Source: Schleiferiaceae bacterium (GTDB lineage: Bacteria > Bacteroidota > Bacteroidia > Flavobacteriales > Schleiferiaceae). Taken from it: DNA of 52,149 nt. The notes under the pieces were generated by a model. That model had not been told where the DNA came from. It did no database searches and was given only the letters and a program-made list of their open reading frames with translations. Below, piece by piece: positions 27,909-38,191 of this stretch. Positions within the stretch are counted from its first letter, which is position 1, and every line of letters begins with the position of its first letter. The stretch covers positions 1-52,149 of the forward strand of contig JAKMEB010000016.1 of assembly GCA_022426185.1 (NCBI GenBank). Reading direction: 5' to 3'. Both the position numbers and the translations under genes were made by a program.

Positions 27909-28675
27909 ATGAGTTGGATGTAATGGTAAACTAAAACGGCTACCGGTGCGGCAGTAATAAAACTATCGAGACGGTCTAAAGCGCCTCCGTGTCCAGGCAA
28001 AAATACGCCTGAATCTTTTATATCCGCTTCGCGTTTCAAGGCAGAGGCGATCAGATCTCCGAATGGAGCCGTGATTGCGACTGTGAGTGCAAGTGAGAGC
28101 GCGGCGGTTGCAGAGGTCCATTCGATGAAATAATTAACGGCTACCCCTACAATTAAGGTCCCTAAAACGCCACCAACAAACCCTTCTATTGTTTTTTTAG
28201 GAGAGAGCTTTGGCGCCAAAGGACGTTTGCCAAAGCGCCTGCCGGCAAGATAGGCGAAGGTGTCGCTGGACCAGATCATGATGAAGATGAATAGAATAAG
28301 CCATGGGCTGTTTTCAGCAGATTGAATGAGATAGGCCATTGGAAGCCAGATGTAGGTCAGTACAAATAGACCGCTACGAAGTTCACGTGCCGGACGCTCG
28401 GAACGCAATAAAGTTAGCGCCAGTAATACCGCGATAAGTAGCGTAGAAGAGAGGACTTCCATAAGACTTCCCCAGCCGAAAATCACGCCTAAGACTAAAG
28501 CGATTGTTGTAAAAGCGAGTAAGGGAAACCTACTCTGAACATCCACTATTTTAGCGACCTCATTTATAAGTAACAGCGTAAACCCAGCTAATAGGTAGGG
28601 GCCGAAGTCGCTGTAACCAAAGGTTGCTATAAGAACTAGGGCATAAAGCCCGCCAAAGAGTGCTCGTTTTCCCAT
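27905..28675 (-). CDS. cdsA: Phosphatidate cytidylyltransferase
   Basis: Signature SALKREADIKDSGVFLPGHGGALDRLDS. Polytopic membrane protein. Overlaps the psd start by 4 nt. Confidence 0.93.
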   Translation of the reverse strand: MGKRALFGGLYALVLIATFGYSDFGPYLLAGFTLLLINEVAKIVDVQSRFPLLAFTTIALVLGVIFGWGSLMEVLSSTLLIAVLLALTLLRSERPARELRSGLFVLTYIWLPMAYLIQSAENSPWLILFIFIMIWSSDTFAYLAGRRFGKRPLAPKLSPKKTIEGFVGGVLGTLIVGVAVNYFIEWTSATAALSLALTVAITAPFGDLIASALKREADIKDSGVFLPGHGGALDRLDSFITAAPVAVLVYHYIQLI

Positions 28676-29292
28676 CAGGCTTCGTCTTCAATCAAGATTA
28701 AAAAGACGGTTCTTCCTTTGTTAGGATCTGCTGAGGCCAGTTCTACCGCTTGATCATGCGGCGCACGAATTACTGCAATATTAGACGGCCTATTATCTCT
28801 GTATTTTTGATTGATTGCGGTGAGTCCATCCCTAAGATTGGGTACAATCTGTGAGGTATGCGCTACAAGCACGTGATGTTTAGGAAGGTCACCTAGTTTC
28901 CTGCCTCCTGTGTGGTGTGAGTGGATCATGATCCCTCCATTAAATGCAATAAGCGCCTCACATGTGCTTAGCACGACGGGAAACTGACCGTCGTTTTCAA
29001 AGGTGCTGTCCAATTTGGTTTGGTTACTCCAATCTGCGATTTCGGGGCTTGAAATATACACGCCGCTCCATTGAAGATCAGCTGCATATTGTTCTAGTGT
29101 ATGAATGGCCTCCTGTAGTGTTGTACAATACATAAAGTTTCCACCCCCTTCCGTAAAAGTTTGGACGAACTTCACATCTAAAGGTTCTTCTTTCTTGGGT
29201 GCGAATTTTCCACCACTGCTTTCTTCTGTCTTTTCGCTTTTGCCGAAGAGACTGGATGTGAGCTTTGAAAGAAATCCAGAAGATTTTGCCAT
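28675..29292 (-). CDS. LUD-domain (LutC/YkgG-like) protein
   Basis: About 200 aa alpha/beta protein between ftsH and cdsA. The C-terminal region (ALIAFNGGIMIHSHH...HVLVAHTSQIVPNL...IRAPHD) is consistent with the LUD family. Confidence 0.55.
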   Translation of the reverse strand: MAKSSGFLSKLTSSLFGKSEKTEESSGGKFAPKKEEPLDVKFVQTFTEGGGNFMYCTTLQEAIHTLEQYAADLQWSGVYISSPEIADWSNQTKLDSTFENDGQFPVVLSTCEALIAFNGGIMIHSHHTGGRKLGDLPKHHVLVAHTSQIVPNLRDGLTAINQKYRDNRPSNIAVIRAPHDQAVELASADPNKGRTVFLILIEDEA

Positions 29293-29311
29293 AGCGCTGG
29301 AGACGTTTTAT

Positions 29312-29319
29312 CAAAAATA
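29312..29319 (-). promoter_or_regulatory. Candidate -7 promoter box (TATTTTTG) for the LUD-cdsA-psd unit
   Basis: The minus strand reads TATTTTTG, matching TAnnTTTG. It lies 20 nt upstream of the ATG at 29292 and downstream of the ftsH terminator. Confidence 0.35.
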
Positions 29320-29364
29320 ATACGCGTAGGCTAAATAAGACTGTTCGCGCCGCGTAGCTATTAA

Positions 29365-29394
29365 CAAAAAACCGCGGCCCAACGGGCCGCGGTT
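29365..29394 (-). terminator. Rho-independent terminator of ftsH
   Basis: The minus strand reads AACCGCGGCCC-gtt-GGGCCGCGGTT (10-11 bp GC stem) followed by a T run. It lies 27 nt after the ftsH stop. Confidence 0.85.
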
Positions 29395-29420
29395 CTCGAG
29401 TGCTGCTTTATGCTAAAGGC

Positions 29421-31595
29421 TTATTCTTCCTTCGTTGTAGCGTCATCGCTTGGTGATTCAGCTGCATCTTTTCCCTCGTCTTTGTTAGTATCGTGGGTTG
29501 ATTTTTCCTCTTCTGCATCATTCACAGCGGGCACTTCAGCTGCTGTCATTGAATCAGAAGGTTCGGGAGCTGCTGCGGAATCAGCTTTTTCTTCTTCTTT
29601 ATCCCAGGGACGTTTACCAAAGATCTCTTCAACATTCTCTTTGAAGATTACTTCCTTTTCCAGTAATAAGTTGGCCAATTGATCGAGTTTTTCACGATTG
29701 TTTTCCAACATATCGATAGCTCGTTCGTACTGCTTTTCTATGATTTTACTAATCTCTTTATCAATGGTTATGGCAGTTTCTTGTGAATACGGCTTATCCA
29801 TGGCATATTCATTCTGACCCTGACTGTCGTAATAGGTCACATTCCCAAGCACATCGTTAAGACCGTAGACCGTAACCATGGCTCGCGCCTGCTTAGTTAC
29901 TTTTTCAAGATCACTCAAAGCGCCGGTGGAAATTTTATCGAAGATTACTTTTTCCGCTGCACGCCCTCCCATAGTGGCACACATTTCATCCAGCATTTGA
30001 TCCGCCGTAGTGATTTGCCGCTCTTCTGGCAGATACCATGCGGCACCTAGAGAACGACCGCGTGGTACGATAGTAACTTTGACTAGAGGGGCTGCATGTT
30101 CAAGCAGCCAAGAGGTGGCCGCATGACCAGCTTCGTGGTAAGCAATAACCTTTTTCTCCGCTTCCGTTATGATTTTCGTTTTCTTTTCGAGGCCACCAAC
30201 AATACGGTCAACAGCATCTAAGAAATCTTGCTTACCGACCACTTTTTTCTCTTTACGGGCTGCAATAAGTGCCGCCTCGTTACAAACGTTGGCGATATCT
30301 GCACCAGAGAATCCTGGAGTCTGTTTGCTCAAAAGAGCAACATCTACCGTATCGTCTGTTTTGATGCCTTTCAGATGTACACTGAAAATGGCTTCGCGTT
30401 CAGTTAATTCTGGTAGATCGACGTAAATCACGCGATCAAAACGTCCAGCACGCATGAGTGCACGGTCAAGAATATCTGCACGGTTGGTCGCAGCCATTAC
30501 AATCACGTGTTCGTTCGTGCCGAATCCGTCCATTTCAGTCAGTAATTGATTCAATGTGTTTTCACGTTCGTCATTACCTCCTGAGAAATTATTCTTCCCA
30601 CGGGCACGACCAATCGCATCAACCTCATCAATGAATATGATACAAGGTGATTTTTCCTTTGCCTGTTTGAACAAGTCACGAACGCGTGATGCACCGACAC
30701 CTACAAACATCTCTACGAAATCAGAGCCTGAAAGCGAGAAAAAAGGAACTTTTGCTTCACCGGCTACTGCTTTTGCAAGCAAAGTTTTACCAGTTCCCGG
30801 AGGCCCAGAAAGCATCACTCCTTTTGGAATACGACCACCGAGATCGGTATATTTCTTGGGGTTTTTTAGAAAATCTACAACCTCCAATACTTCTTCTTTT
30901 GCGCCGGTCATGCCAGCCACATCATTAAAAGTGGTTTTTACTTCAGTATCCTTATCAAAGACTTTTGCTTTTGATTTTCCAATATTGAAAATTTGTGATC
31001 CGCCACCTGCACCGCCACCTGCGCCACCTGACATTCTGCGCATGATGAACATCCATACAGCGATCATAAGAACCAATGGCAGCACCCACGAAACGAAATC
31101 TCCCACAAAATTATCTTGTGTTTGATAATCCACTGGGATGCGGTCTTTTGAGTCGCGCACTTCGTAGTACTCTTTTAAGCGATCTTCGAAAGTAGTAGAC
31201 GGCATTTCAAAGACATAATGAGGGCCTGGATTAATGGCATCTCCAAGATTTGTTTTGCTCACTTCATCATACCGTTCGCTTTCCTTGAGGCTTTGTTCTT
31301 TGATAAAGACTTGAACCTTGCGTTCGTTGATGATATTGACGCGATCGACATCGCCTAAATCCAACGCTTGTTCAAATTCGTTGTAATTCGAATTTTTTGC
31401 GCTGAAGCTCATAGCGCTGAAGATTTGCATTCCAATAAACAAAGCGAAAATTGAAATATAGATCCAATAAAAATTGAATTTACTGCCCTTTTTCTTAGGG
31501 CCATTCGGCTTTTTGCCGTCGCCGTTGGTGCTTTTATTTTTAGCAAACTGTTTCTTCAGCTTGTCTATTTGGTTCTGGTTGGGATTATCCGCCAT
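29421..31595 (-). CDS. ftsH: ATP-dependent zinc metalloprotease FtsH
   Basis: [13 protein letters not shown] Walker A, SRH region and the HEAGHA zinc motif. A Gly-run follows TM2. Long acidic C-terminal tail. Confidence 0.97.
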   Translation of the reverse strand: MADNPNQNQIDKLKKQFAKNKSTNGDGKKPNGPKKKGSKFNFYWIYISIFALFIGMQIFSAMSFSAKNSNYNEFEQALDLGDVDRVNIINERKVQVFIKEQSLKESERYDEVSKTNLGDAINPGPHYVFEMPSTTFEDRLKEYYEVRDSKDRIPVDYQTQDNFVGDFVSWVLPLVLMIAVWMFIMRRMSGGAGGGAGGGSQIFNIGKSKAKVFDKDTEVKTTFNDVAGMTGAKEEVLEVVDFLKNPKKYTDLGGRIPKGVMLSGPPGTGKTLLAKAVAGEAKVPFFSLSGSDFVEMFVGVGASRVRDLFKQAKEKSPCIIFIDEVDAIGRARGKNNFSGGNDERENTLNQLLTEMDGFGTNEHVIVMAATNRADILDRALMRAGRFDRVIYVDLPELTEREAIFSVHLKGIKTDDTVDVALLSKQTPGFSGADIANVCNEAALIAARKEKKVVGKQDFLDAVDRIVGGLEKKTKIITEAEKKVIAYHEAGHAATSWLLEHAAPLVKVTIVPRGRSLGAAWYLPEERQITTADQMLDEMCATMGGRAAEKVIFDKISTGALSDLEKVTKQARAMVTVYGLNDVLGNVTYYDSQGQNEYAMDKPYSQETAITIDKEISKIIEKQYERAIDMLENNREKLDQLANLLLEKEVIFKENVEEIFGKRPWDKEEEKADSAAAPEPSDSMTAAEVPAVNDAEEEKSTHDTNKDEGKDAAESPSDDATTKEE

Positions 31596-31600
31596 AAGGC

Positions 31601-31972
31601 CTAATCGTTTTCTATTGTTGTTATTTCCGCATCACCCCAAAGGCTCTCTAAATCATAAAACTCGCGGATTCCTTTCTGGAAAATATGCACTACCACAGTT
31701 ACATAATCCATGAGTACCCATTCTGAGTTATCACGTCCTTCAATGTGCCATGGTCTATCTGCAACGTTTTCACGCACTACTTTGTGCACGCTGTCGGCCA
31801 AAGAATTTACTTGAGTGTTCGAATTTCCTTCTGCGATAATGAAAAAGTCGGTCACTGCATTTTCAATTTCTCGTAGGTCTAGCACAGTAATATTCTGTCC
31901 TTTGGTTTCCTGTAGTCCTTCTACGACAAATTTCTTGACGAGCTCAGACGAAGCTTCGGGTTTTGTATGCAT
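31601..31972 (-). CDS. rsfS: Ribosome silencing factor
   Basis: 123 aa with TDFFIIAEGNSNTQV and WVLMDYVTVVVHIF motifs. Conserved position upstream of ftsH. Confidence 0.9.
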   Translation of the reverse strand: MHTKPEASSELVKKFVVEGLQETKGQNITVLDLREIENAVTDFFIIAEGNSNTQVNSLADSVHKVVRENVADRPWHIEGRDNSEWVLMDYVTVVVHIFQKGIREFYDLESLWGDAEITTIEND

Positions 31973-32048
31973 TAAAATGTATTGTGTATTTGTACTTAAA
32001 TTACCAAAACATATGCCATCTTGGGCATTAGATCAATAATGGGGCACA

Positions 32049-32774
32049 ATGTCGGGAATTCTTCCCTTTTATCAGTTAAAAATAGTCGATAGTACGCAGC
32101 TTGAATTAAAGCGAATGTTGAGGCAGCGTGATGATTTAGAGTCATTCACTGCTGTGCTTGCTGCACATCAGAGTGCGGGCCGCGGTCGCGGGGTGTCAAA
32201 GTGGCACGATTCACCGGAATGTAGCATGCTATTGTCCATTTATGTCAAATGGCCCATCCCCCTAAAGGAGAGTTTCGAAGTGAACCAACGCGTATGTGTT
32301 GCACTCAAGCCACTATTACCTGAAGAAGTAATGTTCAAATGGCCTAATGACTTAATGATTGGGGTGAAAAAACTGGGCGGTATGTTGATTGAGAATCACT
32401 GGTCAAAAAACGGGATAAAGAGCAGTAGTATTGGTATTGGAATAAATCTGGATCCAACTGCTGATGCGCTGTCGCGAGCCGCATTTTTGAATGAATGGAT
32501 GGATGTTAAACAAACACCAGAAAGTTTAGCAAAACGCATTCAAGAAATGTTCTCGGTAGAACTCACGCTAAAATTCAATTCAGGTGTGCTGACCTCGCGG
32601 TATCATTCTGTGCTTTGGGGAAGAGATGCTGAAAAGCGCTACATGATTAACGGCCAAAAAGCAAGGGCGACAGTTGAGGGTGTTGCTGAGAATGGTCGTT
32701 TGAAGCTACGATTATCGAAAACACTAGTGCAATCCTATGACATTGATGAGGTGAAATGGATCGATCCAAACTAG
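32049..32774 (+). CDS. birA: Biotin--[acetyl-CoA-carboxylase] ligase (group I, no HTH domain)
   Basis: HQSAGRGRGVSKW biotin-binding loop and KWPNDL motif. 241 aa. Confidence 0.88.
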   Translation: MSGILPFYQLKIVDSTQLELKRMLRQRDDLESFTAVLAAHQSAGRGRGVSKWHDSPECSMLLSIYVKWPIPLKESFEVNQRVCVALKPLLPEEVMFKWPNDLMIGVKKLGGMLIENHWSKNGIKSSSIGIGINLDPTADALSRAAFLNEWMDVKQTPESLAKRIQEMFSVELTLKFNSGVLTSRYHSVLWGRDAEKRYMINGQKARATVEGVAENGRLKLRLSKTLVQSYDIDEVKWIDPN

Positions 32775-32776
32775 GC

Positions 32777-33418
32777 TTACTGCCTCCATTGGTCAGGTTG
32801 TTCTCTCCATTCTTTTAACAGCGTAATTTGGTCTTCTAAGATGGCACCTTGTTGCGCGGCTTGCTCGAGAAGATGGTGGTAATCGCTTAAAGTATTGAGG
32901 CGAATGCCCGCCTTTTCAAAATTAGTCTTCGACAATTCAAAATCGTAAGTAAAGATGGCAAGCATACCCATGACGCGCGCACCAGCCTCTTTTAAAGCTT
33001 CTACTGCCTTTAGTGATGAGCCTCCTGTTGAGATTAAATCTTCTATAACAATTACAGATGCGCCACTTTCTAAATAGCCTTCGACTTGATTCTGGCGCCC
33101 ATGGCCTTTAGCCTTATCACGTACATAAACAAACGGCACACCTAGGTATTCCGCAACAAGCATTCCTATAGCAATGGCCCCTGTGGCTACACCAGCTATG
33201 TAATCTGGCTTGCCATAAAGTTCTTCGATTTGCTTTGCGAACTCAATTTTTAAGAAATTCCTAATGGTGGGAAAGCTTAGCGTTAGCCTATTATCACAAT
33301 AAATTGGACTTTTCCACCCGCTTGCCCATGTAAATGGATTTTCAGGTTGTAATTTGATGGCCTTAATTTGCAATAAGCTCTCCGCAGTTTGAAGGGCTAC
33401 CTGTTTGTTTTGTATCAT
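32777..33418 (-). CDS. pyrE: Orotate phosphoribosyltransferase
   Basis: PRPP-binding loop VIVIEDLISTGGS and SGWKSPIYCDNR motif. Confidence 0.95.
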   Translation of the reverse strand: MIQNKQVALQTAESLLQIKAIKLQPENPFTWASGWKSPIYCDNRLTLSFPTIRNFLKIEFAKQIEELYGKPDYIAGVATGAIAIGMLVAEYLGVPFVYVRDKAKGHGRQNQVEGYLESGASVIVIEDLISTGGSSLKAVEALKEAGARVMGMLAIFTYDFELSKTNFEKAGIRLNTLSDYHHLLEQAAQQGAILEDQITLLKEWREQPDQWRQ

Positions 33419-34034
33419 GCTTCAAAATTACACCAAAGTTTTCATTCATAAGGCCATTTTGGTCGTGGTACCCGGGGCTGTTGCACCTGAGGTTATCAAC
33501 ACTTTATCCACTGCAAGGAAGGTTGAAAAGTGGCTTAAAGGATGTTATAAGGAACCTACGCCCCAGGTTTTAGAAGTAGGCGTTCATCACGATTTTTGGT
33601 CGCTGTTTATGACATTGCATCATCACATTATTGCCGGTGGTGGTTGGGTGAAGAATGCAGAAGGACAGTTGTTGGTCATTGAACGGAACGGAAAATTGGA
33701 CCTTCCTAAAGGCAAATTAGAATCAAAGGAATCGATCGCGGTATGTGCTGTTCGAGAGGTAGAGGAAGAATGCCGAGTTAAGCGGTGCGAAATAATTGGT
33801 CCCGCAGTGAAAACCTATCATTGTTACATTCATAAAGGCCAGTTTGCTTTAAAGACTACCTTTTGGTTCCCCATGTTAACGGACTACACAAAAAAGCTGA
33901 AGCCTCAAACCTCGGAAGGGATCAGTGCGGCGTATTGGGCGACTGCTGAAGATGTTAAAAAGCGTCTTACGGAGATACCGGCGTACAATAGCCTTGAAAA
34001 CGTGTTTTTAGAATTTATCGCTTTGGACGCTTAG
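33405..34034 (+). CDS. NUDIX-family hydrolase
   Basis: Nudix box GKLESKESIAVCAVREVEEECRV in the C-terminal half. The start is uncertain (33405 or 33417) and overlaps the divergent pyrE start. Confidence 0.75.
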   Translation: MFCIMLQNYTKVFIHKAILVVVPGAVAPEVINTLSTARKVEKWLKGCYKEPTPQVLEVGVHHDFWSLFMTLHHHIIAGGGWVKNAEGQLLVIERNGKLDLPKGKLESKESIAVCAVREVEEECRVKRCEIIGPAVKTYHCYIHKGQFALKTTFWFPMLTDYTKKLKPQTSEGISAAYWATAEDVKKRLTEIPAYNSLENVFLEFIALDA

Positions 34035-34489
34035 GGCTTCACAGTGGGCGGCACAAACTTTCTAAAATCTCCGCCATAGTTAAAAACTTCACGGACAATA
34101 CTCGAACTGATATATGCATAGCGGGCACTAGTCAAAAGGAATACCGTTTCTAATTCTGGCGTCATTTCACGATTTGCTTGTGCAATGGCTTTTTCGAATT
34201 CAAAATCTGCTGGATTCCGGAGACCGCGCAATAAAAAGTTAACTCCTTCTTTTTTAGCAAAATCCACCGTTAAGCCGTCATACGTAACCACTTTGATTTT
34301 GGGCTCATCCGCAAAAGTTTCCTCAATCCAAGCAATACGTTGCTCTAAAGTAAAGAGGTAGTTTTTTGCACTATTGGTTCCCACTGCGATTCGAATTTCA
34401 TCAAACAAGGGCAATGCACGTTCGATAATATCAACGTGACCAAGCGTTATTGGATCAAAGGACCCAGGGAAAAGAGCGATACGTGCCAT
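34031..34489 (-). CDS. coaD: Phosphopantetheine adenylyltransferase
   Basis: FPGSFDPITLGH nucleotidyltransferase motif and ISSSIVRE. 152 aa. Confidence 0.95.
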   Translation of the reverse strand: MARIALFPGSFDPITLGHVDIIERALPLFDEIRIAVGTNSAKNYLFTLEQRIAWIEETFADEPKIKVVTYDGLTVDFAKKEGVNFLLRGLRNPADFEFEKAIAQANREMTPELETVFLLTSARYAYISSSIVREVFNYGGDFRKFVPPTVKP

Positions 34490-34498
34490 GGGTCGAAG

Positions 34499-35488
34499 TT
34501 AGCTATTCTTTTCTTTATGAGCAGCCATATGCTCTTCAGCAAGCGCCCTCAACACTTCGACCAGGGGCCAATTTCTTGAATTCAATTGCTGCGGAATAAT
34601 GCTCGCAGGGCTTAATCCGGGAATGCTATTTACTTCAATAAGCACCGGTTTATCGTTTTCCTCAATAATAAAGTCCATCCGAACGATACCCTTGAGGTTC
34701 AAAAGATCGTACACACGTTCAGAAATGGCTTCAATGTTTTTACCAATGGCCGTCGGAATTCGGGCGGGTGTGATTTCCTGTGATTTGCCCTTATACTTTG
34801 CCTCAAAATCGAAAAAAGCACCTTCTGTCGGTACGATTTCGGTTATGGCAATAGTTCGGCTTTTTACTCCTTCGTTATTTTTTGAATCGAAATTATAGGA
34901 GCTACGTACAACGCCACATCCTACTTCCTTACCAGATATTGCTTCTTCTACGAGAATCTGAGAACCTTCTGTAAATGCGTATTGAAAAGCGGCTTCAAGT
35001 TCTACAGGATCTACAACGCGTGAAACGCCATGGCTTGATCCCGCACAATTTGGCTTTACAAACAAGGGAAAACGCCACTGTTGAAAGGCGGCATTACCAG
35101 GAAACTTATGAAACAACTCCCCCTTTGGCACACGAATGCCAGCATCTCTGAGTACTGCGTTGCATTGTGCTTTATTGAAGGTTAAGGCACTCTGAAAAGT
35201 AGGGCAGGTACTGTGTGGTATATCTAGGACTTCGAGCACGCCAGAAATGTGACCATCTTCCCCCGGTGAGCCGTGTATGCTGTTGAAGACATAATCGGCA
35301 TTAAGGTCCTCAAGCCGCACGTTTTGCCCGTTTAATGAAAAGCCCGAACGCGTTACTATTACGAACAAGGTTCTGTATCCTGCTGCATCAAAAGCAGCAT
35401 ATGCGGTCTGCCCGGAGGCAAGACTTATCTCATGCTCGGAAGAGTATCCCCCTGCGAGAACAACTACGGTTTTAGCGCCATTTTCCAT
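34499..35488 (-). CDS. ddl: D-alanine--D-alanine ligase
   Basis: ATP-grasp fold with N-terminal GGYSSEHEISL, HGSPGEDG and C-terminal EVNSIPGLS. Confidence 0.93.
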   Translation of the reverse strand: MENGAKTVVVLAGGYSSEHEISLASGQTAYAAFDAAGYRTLFVIVTRSGFSLNGQNVRLEDLNADYVFNSIHGSPGEDGHISGVLEVLDIPHSTCPTFQSALTFNKAQCNAVLRDAGIRVPKGELFHKFPGNAAFQQWRFPLFVKPNCAGSSHGVSRVVDPVELEAAFQYAFTEGSQILVEEAISGKEVGCGVVRSSYNFDSKNNEGVKSRTIAITEIVPTEGAFFDFEAKYKGKSQEITPARIPTAIGKNIEAISERVYDLLNLKGIVRMDFIIEENDKPVLIEVNSIPGLSPASIIPQQLNSRNWPLVEVLRALAEEHMAAHKEKNS

Positions 35489-35549
35489 AGTTGTAAATGT
35501 AATGCAAGTCTGCTTTCGATAGCGGTACGATAAAAAGTATCTTTACTTC

Positions 35550-36371
35550 ATGAAACAGTGGATACTTTTTCTTTTTAGTAAGACTTTTTTAAGAACAGCC
35601 CTCGCCACTGGCTTAGGGGTAGTATTGGTCGTATCGGGTACGTTGTGGTGGATGCACAGTACTACACAACATGGTAAAACGGTAAATGTCCCAGACATTC
35701 GATTGCTTCAGTTACCTGAAGCGGTCTCTGCACTGGAGGCTGTGGGGCTGTCCTATGAGGTCATCGATTCGACGCATTATGTGCCCGGTGTAAAGGAAGG
35801 TGCTGTGGTAGAAGTATTCCCACAGGCCCATGCTGAAGTAAAATTTGGACGTACACTGTTCTTAAGTACAAATCCGTCGTCATTACCGAAATACCCCTTG
35901 CCAAATTATAAGGATCAGCTTGTCAGTTATGTCTTGAGTAAATTTAAAGACAAGGGATTTTTTGTAGACAGTCTCATTCTTATACCCGATCTAAGTCATG
36001 ATCTGGTATTGAAAGTGGTGGACTCAAAAGGGGTAGTGGCAGAGGAGCAAGCCTCGTACCAAACCGGAAGTCATTTTGTTTTATACGTCAGTGGAGGTGA
36101 GAGTGAACGCAATGCCTTCTTGCCCGATTTAACTGGATTGACTTTTGCGCAAGCACAGCAAACCTTAATGACCTACAGCTTGAATTTAGGAGCAACTATA
36201 ATTGATGACGAAATAAAGGATACTAATGCATCGTTTGTATTGCGGCAGTTTCCAGAATTTACGACCGATGCTGAGGTACCCTTGGGAAGCTCCATTGATT
36301 TGTGGCTGACCGGAGACAGCGCTGCGGCATATGTTCCGGAAGCAGTGCCGACAGATTCATTACCCCAATAA
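35550..36371 (+). CDS. PASTA-domain membrane protein
   Basis: N-terminal TM helix followed by about three 65-aa repeats beginning V(P/N)D(I/L)...L..A...L, typical of PASTA modules. Confidence 0.65.
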   Translation: MKQWILFLFSKTFLRTALATGLGVVLVVSGTLWWMHSTTQHGKTVNVPDIRLLQLPEAVSALEAVGLSYEVIDSTHYVPGVKEGAVVEVFPQAHAEVKFGRTLFLSTNPSSLPKYPLPNYKDQLVSYVLSKFKDKGFFVDSLILIPDLSHDLVLKVVDSKGVVAEEQASYQTGSHFVLYVSGGESERNAFLPDLTGLTFAQAQQTLMTYSLNLGATIIDDEIKDTNASFVLRQFPEFTTDAEVPLGSSIDLWLTGDSAAAYVPEAVPTDSLPQ

Positions 36372-36373
36372 CT

Positions 36374-38191
36374 ATGCGATTTTATTTTCTCATTTTTATA
36401 AGCGCTTGTTTTACGATGCAAGCGCAAATAGTTGAGCAAACGCATCCTTTAAGCGGAGGAGCGGCCGTGCATTTTAGCACTGAAACTACGGATACATTGA
36501 ACCCCCCATTTGTAGATGATTTTTCTTATCGTTCTGATCGACCTTCTCCAGCATTATGGAGCGATCAAGACATCTGGGTAAACGATGCCATGCCGCTGTT
36601 TCAAAACTCTATCGGAGTAGCTACGTTTGACGGCTGCAATGGATATGGCAAACCGTATCATCCAGGTAATACGACGACTAATGGTATTGCAGATAGATTA
36701 ACATCAAATTATATCAATCTCCAAGGTGCCACAGATGTATGGCTTTCTTTTCAATACCAACGTGGGGGAAGGGGAGAAGCTCCATCCTTAAATGACAGCC
36801 TTGTTGTATTTTTTTATTCACCGCTTGATTCAACCTGGACTCAAGTATGGGGAGCGCAAGGAACTGGTGGTGCGGACGCTTTTAAGACAGCCATGATACC
36901 CATCCTTGGAAGTCAATTTTTAAAGAAAGGTTTCCGATTCAGGTTAGCTGCCTACGGAGCTCGCGGCGGCGCTTACGATGTTTGGAATGTAGATTACGTT
37001 CAGCTGGATAAAGATCGGAATCCAGCCGACTCAGTGGTTACGGAACCTGCTTTTGCCCGGGCACACCCGCTCATTTTAGGTAATGGACCCTATACTTCGT
37101 GGCCGTGGTGGATCAGTATGAGCAATTCCATAGCGAATCGACCCAATAGTCTCTCCTACACCTATCGAAGACTAGGTACAGTGCCTTCAGGTGGTTGGAG
37201 TTTAAACTTGGGCCAATACCGTTGGGAAGAAAACGGTGTTTTGATACAACAGCAAACTGCGGTTCCCGTAATCACCACTACACAGCACGATCAAGATTTA
37301 ACCTTTGATGTTGCAGTACCCGCTGGGGCATTAGGAACATTAACGGGTCCAACCACCATCACAACGAAAGTATGGTTCGATGGCTCTGCGGCAGGAACTC
37401 GACTGAACGATACGGTTTCCGGCGCACTGCATTTGGACAATTACCTTTCCCTAGATGACGGTTCTGCAGAGCGGGCATACGGCATTGAGAATGTAACGGG
37501 AGCCCGGGTGGCTCAAAAATTTAATACCGGCGGATTAGGGTCAAACGATTCCTTGAAAGGTGTTTCGATGAATTTTGCTTGGTTTGAAGATTCGATATAT
37601 ACCTTCAGGCTTGCTGTATGGGCACCAGCAGATTCTGGAGAAGCACCCGGAACACTTCTCTACTTAACAGATTCGGTCTATCAGCATTCTGAGCATTGGG
37701 ATCGCAATGATTTATTTCATTTTGCGCTAGATTCTGCGGTGGACATCAGCCCGTATCCGTCCGTTTGGATAGGTTATGTCGACGTATCTGCAGTAACAAC
37801 AGTCTATTTAGGGCTTGATCAAGAACGCACACTGCCTAATGCGATGCCACGTTTTTATGGTGATGGCTTTAATTGGTACCCCTCCTTAGAACCAGGTGCG
37901 CTATTGCTTCGACCATTTTTTCGTTACGTTCCCGCCGATATGGCCGTTGCCACTCTAGAAGGAAATACTTTTGATGTATATCCCAACCCTTCAAACCACA
38001 AGGTCAACGTGGTTTCCAACCAAGCCGAACGTTTCGAGGTGGCGGTCTTGAATTTGAACGGACAAGCAGTTTTTAATGCGTTCGGTGAGGGACTCGTGGA
38101 ATTAGACATTTCTACTTTGCCGGTAGGCATCTATCTCATACGTACCCTTCAAAATGGCGCTGTAACCTACACCAAATGGATGAAAATTTAA
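36374..38191 (+). CDS. Secreted protein of unknown function with a T9SS type A C-terminal sorting domain
   Basis: I chose the ATG at 36374, giving the signal peptide MRFYFLIFISACFTMQAQ. The C-terminus VYPNPSNHKVNV...LNLNGQAV...LPVGIYLIRT (about 37969-38188) is the Por_Secre_tail pattern. Confidence 0.8.
   Translation: MRFYFLIFISACFTMQAQIVEQTHPLSGGAAVHFSTETTDTLNPPFVDDFSYRSDRPSPALWSDQDIWVNDAMPLFQNSIGVATFDGCNGYGKPYHPGNTTTNGIADRLTSNYINLQGATDVWLSFQYQRGGRGEAPSLNDSLVVFFYSPLDSTWTQVWGAQGTGGADAFKTAMIPILGSQFLKKGFRFRLAAYGARGGAYDVWNVDYVQLDKDRNPADSVVTEPAFARAHPLILGNGPYTSWPWWISMSNSIANRPNSLSYTYRRLGTVPSGGWSLNLGQYRWEENGVLIQQQTAVPVITTTQHDQDLTFDVAVPAGALGTLTGPTTITTKVWFDGSAAGTRLNDTVSGALHLDNYLSLDDGSAERAYGIENVTGARVAQKFNTGGLGSNDSLKGVSMNFAWFEDSIYTFRLAVWAPADSGEAPGTLLYLTDSVYQHSEHWDRNDLFHFALDSAVDISPYPSVWIGYVDVSAVTTVYLGLDQERTLPNAMPRFYGDGFNWYPSLEPGALLLRPFFRYVPADMAVATLEGNTFDVYPNPSNHKVNVVSNQAERFEVAVLNLNGQAVFNAFGEGLVELDISTLPVGIYLIRTLQNGAVTYTKWMKI

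Noticed and set aside
31000-31030. Imperfect tandem repeat (GCCACCTGC-like units, three copies) on the plus strand.
   Set aside because: It is the coding sequence for the GGAGGGAGGG glycine run after TM2 of FtsH. The same applies to the AASQAASEAAS-coding repeat near 4035-4070 in the PorP/SprF tail. This is coding low complexity, not a repeat element or array.
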